From Histomonas meleagridis 2922-C6/04-290x (Eukaryota; Protista; Parabasalia): 64,000 nucleotides of DNA. Below the pieces are notes generated by a model. It had not been told where the DNA came from. It ran no database searches and saw only the letters and a list, made by a program, of their open reading frames with translations. Shown piece after piece: positions 1 through 12,250 of the stretch. Position 1 is the stretch's first letter. Each line of letters begins with the position of its first letter. The position numbers and the translations under genes were made by a program. The stretch covers positions 1 through 64,000 of the forward strand of contig JAANOX010000070.1 in NCBI GenBank assembly GCA_020184695.1. Reading direction: 5' to 3'.

Positions 1-3000
1 TTTTACCTACATATTTCATCACAGAGAAGCCGGGCCTGGAAACCGTGCCGCGATTCTCTTCACCGATTCCATAAGCCTCTAACAAAGAGCATTGGTTTGT
101 TATTGTCAATATTGCAGCCGCACATAACATACCCTTCACCGAATCGACTTATTGTCTTTATTTCTTGTTCTTGTTCATTTTCTTCATTTTTCATCTTTTC
201 CGGACCTAACCAAACAGAACAAGAACTCCAACACTCCCAATTAGCAGCGAAACCTTTTAATGATGTGAAATCGGTCAAATTGGAAGAAGTTTCATCAAAT
301 ATATTTGTTTTTTTGATACGTAATTGTTAAATTCGCTAATAAGCTATGTAAGAATGGCTGCATCACATTACTTCGTTGGAAATACATTATAAGAATCGAA
401 ATATTTTGGTTGTTTCTTGAAACCAGAATCGAACATTTGAAGAATTTTGAATTATTATTTTGATTATCATTTTTAGAATTAAAACTTTTCTCCATGTGAA
501 AATGAAAATATTTGGTGAAGTGGTTTGTGATTTCATTAAATATGCATTATCAATCATTTCAACTATCGCTAATATATTACCAATCCTGGGAATAAAGTTT
601 AAGATTTCATTGTCATCTTTAAAATATCAGGGTTCTTCAAAACGATCATAGATTTGAAACAATTTAATGATAATGGTCCATCTTTAATAATGTTGTAATT
701 CATTTCGACCGAACTAAATATTTTGAATTCATTATATAATGTATTAAATGTTGGAATTATTTGCGTATACATTAAATAGATTGAACCTTCATCTAAATAA
801 TTAAATAATTCTTTGAAATTTTCAATCGATATAATGATGAAGTTTTCTCAAATATGTTTTGTAATATATCAACTGAAAATCCAGAAGTTATTGATTTAAA
901 TGACAATCCGAACTTAGGGAATTAATCTCATTGATTAGTTAATAAATAATAATCAAATAAATCTTCTGATGTTAAATGATTCACAATATATATTACACAC
1001 AATGATTGAATACTATTAGGTGTATCTGTAGCTAATACCTAGATAATAAATTAAGTTAATATTATTAATGGTAAAACCAAATGAATTAATAATTTCATGT
1101 ATATTTCATCATTTCAATTAATTTATTTGTTGTTATTGATACTAATATTCCATGTTTTTTCAATTATCCCTAAAATATTCACATCATTATTAAATATTTC
1201 ATTCATTCTTTCTGCTATTAATGATTTAATATCAACTTGATAACCTAATGAATATAATTGGATTTTGTTGTAATAATACCCAAGTCGAATAGCATTAACT
1301 CTTCGATTAATGGTGAATTTTCAATCAATTTAATAACATCTTGTAATAATGAATTACGTAATGATCGTATTGATGCAAATCTTTTCGAATTGATGAAATG
1401 TAGAATCAGATATCTTTAGAAATAGACATTAAACATATTCGTGATTCTTCTTTAATTTCATCATGTAGTATCGTGACTTTAAATATCGCAAAGCTGTAGA
1501 TGCAGCATCATCATAAATACTTAACGGATATTGCACCTGTTAATTCGGGCTTTTGATAATTCTCTAATGCATAATCAGATGATGAAACATTGGTATTGAT
1601 GTAGTTACTGGGAAAATGAAACATTGTTCATACCTAAATAATGTTCTTTAAAGAATAAATTACTTTGATCACATACAACATTAATTGTATCTTTAATTGT
1701 ATGAATTGTTGGAAATATTTTGGTGTCGTTAATGAATTTCTAATTCCTTAAATCTTTCTCTCGGATTAATAATGATGATGAAAATACTCCAGGTTTTGTT
1801 GTAATATGTGAATCAGGATTTATCATTTGTTCAAATTGGATACGTAATAATTCTAATATATCTAATCGTGGCGCAGATGCTAATGTAGGTGGTACAGGTT
1901 TTTGATTCTTCTTGTTTCTTATCTAATATTTGATATGTCTCTTTCGAAAATCTCCCGATAAGACTCGGTCAACTTTTCTAAGATTTGGACAATTTGTTTT
2001 TGATTCGAATTATTCTTGATAATAGACCCTATTTTATGATATGAAAATTCTTGTATATAATTCTGTATAGCTTTTGATACATTTTCATAAACAATTGGAA
2101 AGTTGTCTTGAATTAATTCTTTTGTAGCTCGACAGATATGTAATAATAATAAGATTAATCGTAAGTCATCTTTAAGCCCTAAACGCATTGATCGTTCATA
2201 AGGGGAATAATTATTAGGATCATTCTCATTTTGTTTCGGTGGATGACATAAATTATGTGAAAGTTTAAATCGAATTGAGTTTAATGCTTGACCAATTTGT
2301 TTTAATGCTTGTGATATAATAGATATAAGTTGTAGTCCATTGTTTTGTGATTCAGTAGAACGATTATGCATTTGAGCTATGAAAGTTGATAATTGTTTAA
2401 AGATAACTCGTAAATTCTCAAGTTGAGTCTCTAATGGTTTGATCTCAATGGCATTGGAAACGGTCGGCTTTGATGGGAAAACCGTAGCTTCACCAGGGAT
2501 CGCGTACGTTGTTTCCTGTGAAAATTCAAAGATCAATGGAATTTCAGGATATTTTTCAATGAGCTCCTTTGAAAAAGCAATGATTTCATTGGAAAGCGGT
2601 TTGATTTTGAATTTGGCTTTCTTACTTTTGACGCCCGCACGTTCTTTGTTGAATTGTTGCAGATAAAATCGCAAGACAAACCCATACGCATTGGTATAAG
2701 CCATGTGCATGTCAGGAATAAGGTTCTCTTGTGAGATTATGTTTTTAACTCATTGCAATATTCTCCATCTTTCCATATCTTTTCATTAGTGAAGATGTGA
2801 TAAAAATGATCAATGATTTCTTCACTTGCTTCTTTTTCTGCTTTGAGGAAGTTCACTTGTGGAACTAATATTCCTTTTGCGATTTCTTTGACTTGTGGCG
2901 TTTTGAAGGAATCTGGCATTAGTGTAGTTCCTGCTTGTTGCTTTAGCTTCTCGATATAAGCGAAAAGAGGAGGTGTGAGACCTCTTTGAGAATAAAAATT

Positions 3001-3243
3001 GGATAAGTAATAATCGAGAAGAATTATATCTTCTTTTATGAGGTTAATAGTGGAAACATTCTCTACTGCTGGTAATTCTGATTTTTGGGATATCAGATGT
3101 TTGTAATAACCTTCAGGAGGGACTGTGATAAAAGATGATAACGGAACTGAACGTGGCGCCGTTTCTACAATTGGCATTTCGTCTATTTTATCCCACGTGT
3201 TGATGTCATTCCGACTGAGAAGATATACTTGATTATTGCTCAT
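1..3243 (-). pseudogene. CYFIP: CYFIP/Sra-1/PIR121 (WAVE complex) homologue, broken by many frameshifts; runs off the left edge
   Basis: Pieces in several frames match CYFIP landmarks in the correct order: ELKN at the 2737-3243 / 1919-2710 junction, HNLCHPP..YERSMR (cf. KLVHPT..YERATR), VCDQSNLFFKEHYL (cf. CCDLSQLWFREFFL, ~1640-1690), and FGEGYVMCGC (cf. FGDGLHWAGC, ORF 60-278). One extra A in the run at 2742-2746 joins the first two ORFs. Pseudogene versus assembly error is unresolved. Confidence 0.75.
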
Positions 3244-3999
3244 CTATGGATTTGACAGTAATCTTTTCAATTATTTATTCGAACACAATTTTCCATAAAA
3301 CTATTGAATGCAACTTTTTCATACGCATTTGTGATGTTTACAATTTCGACAATTCTTTAAAAAATGGCTAACTTCCTTAACGAAAAAAATATTGTTTTCA
3401 ATAATTAATAATACTTTAAATGCGGAAATAAATTTCTATGTGAGTTTTTAAGCTATTCCGACGTTTTTATCAGATTTGTAAATTAATGAATATGATTTGC
3501 TTTATTGCATTTTTAATCGATAGATTCGGTTAAACATTAAAGAAACAATTCCAGAAAAATACATTACTCATGAATTAATTATGCTTAACCATCAAAACTT
3601 ATTATTTATGTAAACTGTAACACGGAATTCCTGTACAAAACGGTTATGTAAAACTTATCGAACTTTACAACTTCTCAAATTCCACTTTTTCAAGTTAAAT
3701 ATTTATCTAACAGGTCAAGCAGCAACAGAGAGCAGTAACTATTGTTCTAACAGGTTTGTTACTGCTGTCTATTTTCGGAAATAAGTTACTCACAATTTTG
3801 ATGATTATTACAATTCCAATTGTTACTGGAATAATTGTCTTTGAAAAGGAGATCCTAAAGAAATTAATAAGTATATTTAGAATAACAAGAAAAGATTAAA
3901 TTAAATATAATTTAAAACATCTCTGTTTTTAACTTATTCTCAATCTATTTTTCACAAAATTTGACTTGTTGTGTTAGCTATATGCTGATGGGAAACATG

Positions 4000-5025
4000 G
4001 AATCTTAAAGAACTACTTGAGCTCAATAATGAAGTTCCATAATGATTTACCCAACAAAATTTGCAAATAATGAAGTAAATTTACTTCATTTTGTATATAA
4101 TATGCAAAAATCATTGCTCCAATCCATCCTGTCTTAAGTCATTCTGGAGGTAACAAAATCCCAAATTTTGTATTTTTGTTTTCCATTTTCTTTGTTAGTT
4201 CTTTCTCATATCTTTCAGGTAAACCTTCCACAAGTGTTGAACCACACATCAAGGTGATATTAATACATATATCTATCCTTATTTCTTTATCTACATTCAA
4301 AATCGAATCGTATGAATTTTCAGCAATTCTTTTTTGGTTTTATCCATTTGATTGATTTCTGAATAATTACTCATAACAAACAAATCATTCAAATGAAAGA
4401 GTTATTTCTTGAGAGTCAATAGAAAACATTTGATTATATTCATTGGATGTTTTGGCTTTCATAAGTTCGGACTCAAAGTCATCTGCATCATATGATAAAC
4501 AAGTACTTGTTTAATGTGATAAATTGTGTTCTTAGTTGGATCATTAAATGTATAACCTCGTTCAGAAAGAAGATTATCAAGCATTTGCTTAATGTCAAGC
4601 ATTTCCGGAAATGAGTTTGTAATTGCTGATCCTTCATACACTGGAACAATTTGTGCAGTACCATCATCACCCATGTTTATGCCAAATGGTGAAACGGCCT
4701 CCAGCATAAAGGTCAAAAAGTACATAGATTTCCTTAGTAAAAATATCGAAAATCATACTTTTCAAACCTGATCTTATGCATTTTACCTCTGTTAAACCCA
4801 GGATCTAGGAGACTGTCAACAACGAGTACTAAACCCATGAAATCATAGGAACAATGCAAGTCGTTGCCCAATCATCAATACATAAAAATCTTCATGGGAA
4901 TTTGAGAAAAGTAGTGTTAAAGCTTTCATTCTTATATGTTATATCCATAGCTGTTACATAATATAATTGCACACAGCAAAATTTATGCCTCACAAGCACA
5001 AAATTTCATTAAATATTTTAATCAT
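4000..5025 (-). pseudogene. divergent actin / actin-related protein pseudogene (ends approximate)
   Basis: ORF 4459-4725 has GDDGTAQIVPVYEG..LSERGYTF..IKQVLVY (actin GDGVTHTVPIYEG..LTERGYSF..IKEKLCY). Flanking frames give LDPGFNRGKMHKIRFE, LFDLYAGGRFT, ITLSFE*FVC and LPPE*LKTGWIGA. There are several frameshifts and in-frame TGA codons at 4385-4387 and 4139-4141. Confidence 0.75.
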
Positions 5026-5213
5026 GATTTATTTTTTTTAAACATTTGAATGACAAAGAAATTGTTGCATTTTCGTGAAAAATATCTTGAGAAAATTGTT
5101 ATGTTAAAATATTTTAACTGTTATGTAATTGATTTTTTCTTAATAAAGTTATCCCTTTATGCCCCAAAGCTTAAAACTAAAAAACAAAGGTCGTTAAAGT
5201 TTTGTTTTTTATA

Positions 5214-5849
5214 TCATTTTTGAGATTCCCAATATGAATCGGGAATGTGAATATCGTCAGGTTTTAACAAATGGTATAATTTTGCAAACTTGGTGAACCT
5301 TTGGCAGATGTGCGTTTGCTTTTCGATTCTTTCGAATATATCAGGATGACAAGAAAATGAATAACCGAAAATTCTGTATAAACGACGAGCAAATGTTTCA
5401 ATGTACGATCTTCCCTCTGGCGTCATTACACCACTTGGGAATAGCTTTGAATCCAGAATAACGTTAGTTGCTTGGTCAATAGTTTGAGTTATATAATCAA
5501 TAGCGGCAACAGAACGAGGAGGATTATAAACAGCAGAAAGACACTTGATTGTTTGGCCGTTAATATTGAATTCCATATTTGGCTCAGTTGCTGCTGTTGA
5601 AACATCTCGATGTTCATAAGCATAGTAGTTGAGTTCTTGGAGATATTGCCTAAAAGAAGCATAAATCCAGTCATTTTCATCTTCCCCAGCTGGGCATGTT
5701 ACAAGTTTGTCTACATCATGAGGATATTTTTTAATAAGAGATTGCAAATAATGCTGCAACGTCCTGTAGTCTTTGATGTTATTTTCTTCAAGTGGTGCAT
5801 CATTGAATTCCGCCTTTGGTGTTCCTGGTTTATTGATGAATTTCTTCAT
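5214..5849 (-). CDS. MOB4: MOB kinase activator family, MOB4/phocein-like
   Basis: LQHYLQSLI..CPAGEDENDW..FRQYLQELN..AIDYITQTID..RRLYRIF..CQRFTKF parallels phocein/MOB4. Confidence 0.8.
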   Translation of the reverse strand: MKKFINKPGTPKAEFNDAPLEENNIKDYRTLQHYLQSLIKKYPHDVDKLVTCPAGEDENDWIYASFRQYLQELNYYAYEHRDVSTAATEPNMEFNINGQTIKCLSAVYNPPRSVAAIDYITQTIDQATNVILDSKLFPSGVMTPEGRSYIETFARRLYRIFGYSFSCHPDIFERIEKQTHICQRFTKFAKLYHLLKPDDIHIPDSYWESQK

Positions 5850-6495
5850 AATAACAAACGGTTAGAGTGGTTATGACGGTTATGAAATGCGTGGAACAAA
5901 ACAAGCAAATTTGCTCCTGAATACTTCATAAATTATGAAGATTGCACTTTGGCTTTTCACATAAAATTTTTTGAATTATATTTTTGCTAATTAAAAACTT
6001 CCAAAAAATGGAATATATAAGAATAAGATTTACCAGCTCGAAAACATTTTGTCGAAAAATTGCAATTCGTCAAACGAATATTGATATATACAATAGTTCA
6101 TTAAAATATTTGGAAAATTCCAGTTTTATCCAAAATATGCATTTTGCATATACACCAAAATATATAATGTAATACATTATAGTGTTTATTAAATCAAAAA
6201 ACTAAATAAAAATTTCGAATATTTTTGGAAATCTTTTTATTCACATCTTTTTATTTTGATTTGATCTCGAAATTTACAAAAAATACTTTGTTGAAGATAC
6301 AAGATTAATTAGAATCATCTTTACTTTTGATGATTTTTCTTAGAAATAATATCATTCATATTTCATAAAGCTTCAAAGAACATCATGATTAAATTTTGCA
6401 TAACGAAAAAGACGTTAAGTCAATTGAATTTAATTCGAGAGATGTAAACCTCTTAATTTGCAAACAAAAAAATGCCACAACTATAATTTTCGGTT

Positions 6496-8261
6496 ATGTT
6501 TCCACAACCAATTCCTTTCCTAATTAATGATGGTGAAAACTCTACAATCAACTCAAACGCATTAGAAATTTTGGCATTGTCGAAAAGACCTATTCTAATT
6601 ATTATATATGGAAAAAAGCAAATCGGAAAAAGTTCAATACTTAATCAGTTTATAGTTGGACCATGCAATGATTTTTTTTGCAACAAACAAGGACCAATCC
6701 AAATTCAACCTACAAAAGATGTCAACATCATTGGACCATTCAAAATGAAAGATTTACATGAAAGGTTGAGAATTAATATGTCCGATGAAATTGATAATGA
6801 TATATTCTTTATTGATACAGAAGGCACTGATGTTACATCTGAAAAAATTGGTTTATTAACACTTCTACAAGTTTCTATCATATCAATTTATGTTAACGAA
6901 GGAATACCATATGGCGCTTCTATGAAAAATATTCTCGAAAATATTGAATGTAGTTTTTATGTTAAGAAAATTTTCCCAACAATTACAAATTACGAAATGT
7001 GTCAGCCAATTATTTTGGTTACAATTAATGATATTCCCAACAAATTTAAGAGTGATTCATACAGACTAAAAGAATATGTTCAAAGTCGAACTGAAAGAAT
7101 TCGGGAATTAGTTTCTTCATATCCCAACGATTTTCATAAAGCGGAAAATTTAACATTTTTAACTTTACCAGAATATATACCAAATGATGAAAATGAAAGT
7201 CGACAAGTTGAAGTTGAATTCTATTGGAAGAAATTCATAAAATCTTTAAAAAAATTTCTAAAAAAATCTTAGAGAAAGAAAATATATTAAATGGTAAAGC
7301 ACTATGCAAAATGATTGAGATTTTGTTTCCAATATTAAAGGATTTAAATAATTTGAACTCTAAACAAATAAATTCAATCATAAAAACAAAATTTGAAGAA
7401 AATTCCATTCAAATGATCGAAAAATACATGAATGACTTGACATCTGATATAAATAGATGTATAGAGTTTATAAATGATGAATCATTTGCAAAAGAAGAAA
7501 TAAGAAAATGTATTCAACAAGAGCAAAATGAAATATATATAAAAATACTTCCAAATATTGTCGAAGAATATATATTAACTAATATTACGAACTTACAAAA
7601 TAAAGTTAAGGTTTTAAAAGATCATAAAATTGTAAAAGATGAATCAAATAAAATCATGTCTAGGATTAATCCTGATAAAATTCTTCCAACTGAGGAATTA
7701 AAAATAGTTATCACTGCTTATAATATGGTTGGCAAAACATCAGTTGTTCAACGTTATGTCAATGATAAATATGAAACATATTTATCAGCAAGTTTAGATG
7801 GTTTTAAAAAAGAAATTCAAATTAATTCACACAAGGTTAAAATGTTGATAATAGATACACCATCAGTTTGTAGATATAAACCAATGATGAGTGTGTTTTA
7901 TAGACGTGCAGATATAATTGTGATTATGTTTTCTGTTCTTGATCGTGAATCATTTGATAATATAAAGAAATGTTTGGAAGATATCAAAGAAGAAAATAAA
8001 GACGCAATGATATTTTTATGTGGAAATGAATGCGACGATAAGGCCAAAAGAAAAGTATCATATGAAGAAGGAGAAGAAATGGCTAAAAGTATTGGATTCG
8101 AAGGCAATTATTATGAAGTGAGTGCCAAAACAGGAGAAAACGTGAACGAAATGTTTGAATGTATTGTTAGAAAATATTTAATCTATCTTCATAACAAGAA
8201 ACCCACTGACTCATCAATTAATGAAGATGATAAGAAGAAAAAAGGGTGCATGATCCAATGA
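6496..8261 (+). CDS. GBP/atlastin-like GTPase domain fused to a C-terminal Rab/Ras-like GTPase; two ORFs joined by one frameshift
   Basis: ORF 6496-7272 has P-loop GKKQIGKS and FFIDTEG (GBP-like). ORF 7224-8261 has ILNGKAL (end of the GBP domain), a helical linker, VGKTS, IIDT, GNECD, EVSAKTG and C-terminal KKKKGCMIQ. Adding one A to the A7 run at 7260-7266 gives a continuous frame (FLKKILEKENILNG). Confidence 0.65.
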
Positions 8262-8352
8262 TTTTTTTGCAAATTAAAATAAATTGAAATTAATCAAAAT
8301 TAAATTTTAAATCAATTTTAATTTATGTAAAATATTCAAAAAGTTGATAAAT

Positions 8353-9228
8353 TTATGAAGCAAAAATCGCAATCAAAATCACAGCAACTAAAAGGATAAC
8401 CCCGATAATCACTATTATCCAAAGCCATTTCCGACTCTTCTTTTGATCCTTTCTAGCAATTTCGAGTTGTTCTGTACCCTTTTTGACATAATCTCTGGCA
8501 GTCGCAATATTTTGTTCTATACAATCAACTTGACGCCCTTGCTCATGTACGATAATCGAGAATTGTACAAAAAGCTCAAGGAGTTCGTTGAGTCTGGTTT
8601 CAATTTCCAGAATATCATGATGTCGAGATGCAATTCTATTGTATACTTGAGCAACCTGTTGGGCCTGTGCACCTCCTGCTAAAGTAAAAATGTTAGTTTC
8701 AAGTGCTTCTGGATTGTTATCAATTATTTGATTAACTTTATCTTCGTCTAAGGGAACACCAGCAATATTATAATGTCTAATGACTTGTTGAGAAAATTTA
8801 GCTTTAATGTCTGACTGAACGGCTGAAAAATGTTGGATTGTTTCTGCAAAATTATTTGTAAGTAAATGTAAATGATTTTTCTGAAGCCTTATATCTGCTG
8901 AACCAGGATTTAGGTCTCCTGAACTTTCAACTTCCTGTTTAAGTTTTTCTAAATCTGTTTTGATTTGATTACCAGATGCACCAATACTTGATAGCTTATT
9001 ATTAATTTCTGTCCTAATATCACCAGATCTACTTTGATCACAACATCCTTCCAATTCTTCGTCAAGTTTTACAATTTGATCAAGAGTATAATTGATGTCT
9101 GTGATTTTTGATTGAATTTGATTATACTTATCCCAAAAATCAGTAAAAGGATCTTGTGTTTCAGCAGTTACATGAGGTGGTTCTGGTGGAGCGCCTGTTC
9201 TGTGTAATCGAGAGAGTTGATCAACCAT
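8353..9228 (-). CDS. syntaxin (Qa-SNARE, plasma-membrane syntaxin-like)
   Basis: Habc helical region, SNARE motif RHHDILEIETRLNELLELFVQFSIIVHEQGRQVDCIEQNI, C-terminal TM segment. Confidence 0.9.
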   Translation of the reverse strand: MVDQLSRLHRTGAPPEPPHVTAETQDPFTDFWDKYNQIQSKITDINYTLDQIVKLDEELEGCCDQSRSGDIRTEINNKLSSIGASGNQIKTDLEKLKQEVESSGDLNPGSADIRLQKNHLHLLTNNFAETIQHFSAVQSDIKAKFSQQVIRHYNIAGVPLDEDKVNQIIDNNPEALETNIFTLAGGAQAQQVAQVYNRIASRHHDILEIETRLNELLELFVQFSIIVHEQGRQVDCIEQNIATARDYVKKGTEQLEIARKDQKKSRKWLWIIVIIGVILLVAVILIAIFAS

Positions 9229-10346
9229 TAGATTTAACGGTATCTCCTTATAAGTTTTTGAATACCAAAATTGAATTAAACCCCAAAATATTTCTCTTTC
9301 AATTTAAACGTTTTTCGGTGATGGCAATTTTCCATTTAGTTAATAAAATTATTTCGAGTTCGAATATAAAAAACTTTAAGTATTTTTGTAAGATTATTAT
9401 TCAAAATTCTTGATCATTAGAATTCTAATGTAGCTGTATTCTTAATAAACATTATAAATCATTGTTAAAATATGATTTTCAGCGATGAAATCAGAGAGAC
9501 ATTATTGAATAAAATAAACTGGCAGATTCCACTTTTTAAAATAGATTTTCAATGATAGTTGAAAAAATCAAAAAATCAAATTATTTCATTATTTTTTTGC
9601 TACAAATTTGTGGTATTAATAAAAATTTATCACCTTTTATCATTTTATCTTCACTTCTAATGGCTTTAATCAAAATAACTTTTATTTTTATTATTCGAAG
9701 AAACAATAAATAAAAGTTGAATTCAATTAAAATTATCCTTCATTCTTTGAAACCAGACTCAATGTAACATCTTTTTATTTGTTGAAATATTGTTACTTTT
9801 CATATAAAAACCAATATGAATAAAAATCAATCAAACAATATTAATTAAACAAACAATTGTTACGAAAATGATATATAAATTTGAAATCTAATCTATCTAT
9901 AATTTATTTTTTAACATAAAAATTATTAATAAAAATGATTTGTTATGTTTCATTTTTCGTGTTTACTTAAAAATACCTAATAATTTCAAATATATATGTT
10001 TTTAGAAATAATAAGAAAAATATGATACATAGGTATCTTTTTTAAATGGATTAGTACCAAAGTAAAGTATGAGGGTAAAAAGAAAAAAAATAATTAATTT
10101 CATTAAAAAAATTGGTTTCACATGACAAAAACATATTTATATCTATATTTTAATATTTTTCATTCTAACAGTTTTGTTTAACACAAAAAGAAAGATATGA
10201 TGATAAAAAAATAATGTCTAAAAACATATTAATTAACATAATACATGAATATAATTATACACATGAATTATATTATGAAAAAACAACATTTAAGTATTTA
10301 AATTAGTATAAGATTTATTTTATTTTATTCAAACAAATAATAAAAT

Positions 10347-11714
10347 TTAAACAAGACACATCAAGAAAGCAAGAGTCACTACAAGGCAAACAGGCGTCAC
10401 AATGAAACCAATTTTTATAAACTCTTTAAATCCAATATTAATTTTCTCTTGCTTTAATATTCCTAACCACATTAAACCAGCTAATGCGCCTAATGGTGTC
10501 AAATTGGCGCCTAAGTTTGCTCCTACGACAGTTGCATAAACTGATCCTAAACTTGGCGGATTTTTTGTTTCCTGTAAGATAGGAACGAAAGCAACTGACA
10601 TTGGAATGTTATTTAATATATTTGCTGCAAATGTTGACAAGACACCGAAGATAGCAACTGCTACTTGCTCTGACTTATTAGTAACCTTTCCGATCCCACC
10701 GCCAATTGCAGTAAAGAGCCCTTTGATTGAAAGAGCATTTACCAGAATAAAAAGTGCCACAAGAAATGGGATAATTGCGTATGGGAGTGTAGAAAAGATT
10801 CTTCGCAGTTTAGACGGACCTTCGAGATGTCTGTTTTTGATATCGATGACAATATTGTAAATGAGAAGTACAACAGCCATAATACCTGCAATTTGCCACA
10901 TTTCAACATTGAATCCAGGAATTGAAGAACATGCCATGATAATGATACTTCCAAGCATGAAAAAAATTCCCACAAACAAGTCAAGTTTCGATTGAACATG
11001 TTCCATTGGATCTCCTAAATCCTCTTCATCAATTTCAAACTCTTGATTGATCTGTTTTCGGAAAAGAAGATACAATACTAAAAGATTGGAGAGCCCACCA
11101 GCAAAAGTTGGAAGGACCATATACTTAACAAACTTACCAAAATCTTGACCAAACCCGGTACCTAAAACAACATTAGTTGGGTTAGAAATGATGAAAATCA
11201 TACTCCATGTGTTGGCTGCAAAAAATTCACCAAATAAAAATGGTTTTGAACTGACACCTGCTGCTTGTGAAAAATAATGAATGAACGGAGTGAAAGTAAG
11301 AATTACAACATCGTTTGAAGTGAAAATTGTTAAAACTGAAACAATTGCATATATAATGAAAAATAATTTTTTGCCACTCTTACCAGATTTTCGGAGCGCC
11401 CATGATGCACACAGTTGAAAGAAGCCAGTAGTATCAAGGAATTTGCTTATATAAACCATTGAAAAAAATAAGATCAAGATACCAATTGGATTTAATGTTG
11501 AAAAAGACCATAATCCTTCCATGGCAGTAATGAATGGAATTATCTGAGCTCCGAGAACAACGATTGCTGCAATAAATGGACCAATCCAAAATGAATCCAT
11601 TGTAAAATCTATTTTTCCGAATTTAAAATGAATAGATGGACTAAGGATGGAACAGCAAATCATTAAAAGAATACCAACAATAAAAGTAATAAGTGCAGGT
11701 AAATATTCAGGCAT
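10347..11714 (-). CDS. ArsB/NhaD-type (arsenite/citrate/anion) membrane permease
   Basis: About 12 TM segments with motifs FTSNDVVIL, ISNPTNVV, NILNNIPM and GANLGANLTPLGALAGLMW. First ATG (MPEYLP) is at 11714; the ORF track starts at an upstream TTG. Confidence 0.85.
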   Translation of the reverse strand: MPEYLPALITFIVGILLMICCSILSPSIHFKFGKIDFTMDSFWIGPFIAAIVVLGAQIIPFITAMEGLWSFSTLNPIGILILFFSMVYISKFLDTTGFFQLCASWALRKSGKSGKKLFFIIYAIVSVLTIFTSNDVVILTFTPFIHYFSQAAGVSSKPFLFGEFFAANTWSMIFIISNPTNVVLGTGFGQDFGKFVKYMVLPTFAGGLSNLLVLYLLFRKQINQEFEIDEEDLGDPMEHVQSKLDLFVGIFFMLGSIIIMACSSIPGFNVEMWQIAGIMAVVLLIYNIVIDIKNRHLEGPSKLRRIFSTLPYAIIPFLVALFILVNALSIKGLFTAIGGGIGKVTNKSEQVAVAIFGVLSTFAANILNNIPMSVAFVPILQETKNPPSLGSVYATVVGANLGANLTPLGALAGLMWLGILKQEKINIGFKEFIKIGFIVTPVCLVVTLAFLMCLV

Positions 11715-12250
11715 TACACCCGAGTGTTTGCTTTTTGTTTGGAGGGTCTTTGAAAACCTTCTCAATTTTCTGTGAACTATAGTTCTCAATTTCTGTCTAT
11801 AAGAATTTCTCTCTCAATTTTATTGTGGTTGTGTAAGCTTTTGAACCGATAAAGCATCGATAAATATACAGTCTTCTGAAAAATTGAAAGACTTCTGAAT
11901 ATTGAGAATGTTGGTCTTGTCTTTGCTCGTTCCAGGCCTGGAAATCATTGATTATTTTTTGAATTTAACCACATCCTCTCATTAAAATGTAATGACCAGC
12001 ACTTCTTCTTGTTCTTTTAAAATTTGTGTTGAAAGATTTCGGCTTTCCGCCTTAATCATTTTTTCGAGGGTCGGGATTGTTGTCATCCTGCCACATCACT
12101 TTATTGCTTTTTGATTGTGATCAATGGTTTATTCCATTATTTTCAATTGCAGAATTCTGAGCAAGGATTTGGAAATTGAATGCAAATTTGAAAACTTTAC
12201 AAACGACGTTTGAAAATTATTTCACAAAACATTGCTTATTCTAAAAAATT

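Noticed and set aside
3694-3753. Two GT...TCTAACAG stretches (3694-3713, 3735-3753) resembling very short trichomonad introns
   Set aside because: At 19-20 nt they are shorter than described type B introns, and I could not place them in a credible host ORF.
11800-12090. Coding-like patch between the ArsB-like and Mus81-like genes
   Set aside because: Only short frames with stops and no recognisable family; cannot be supported as a gene.
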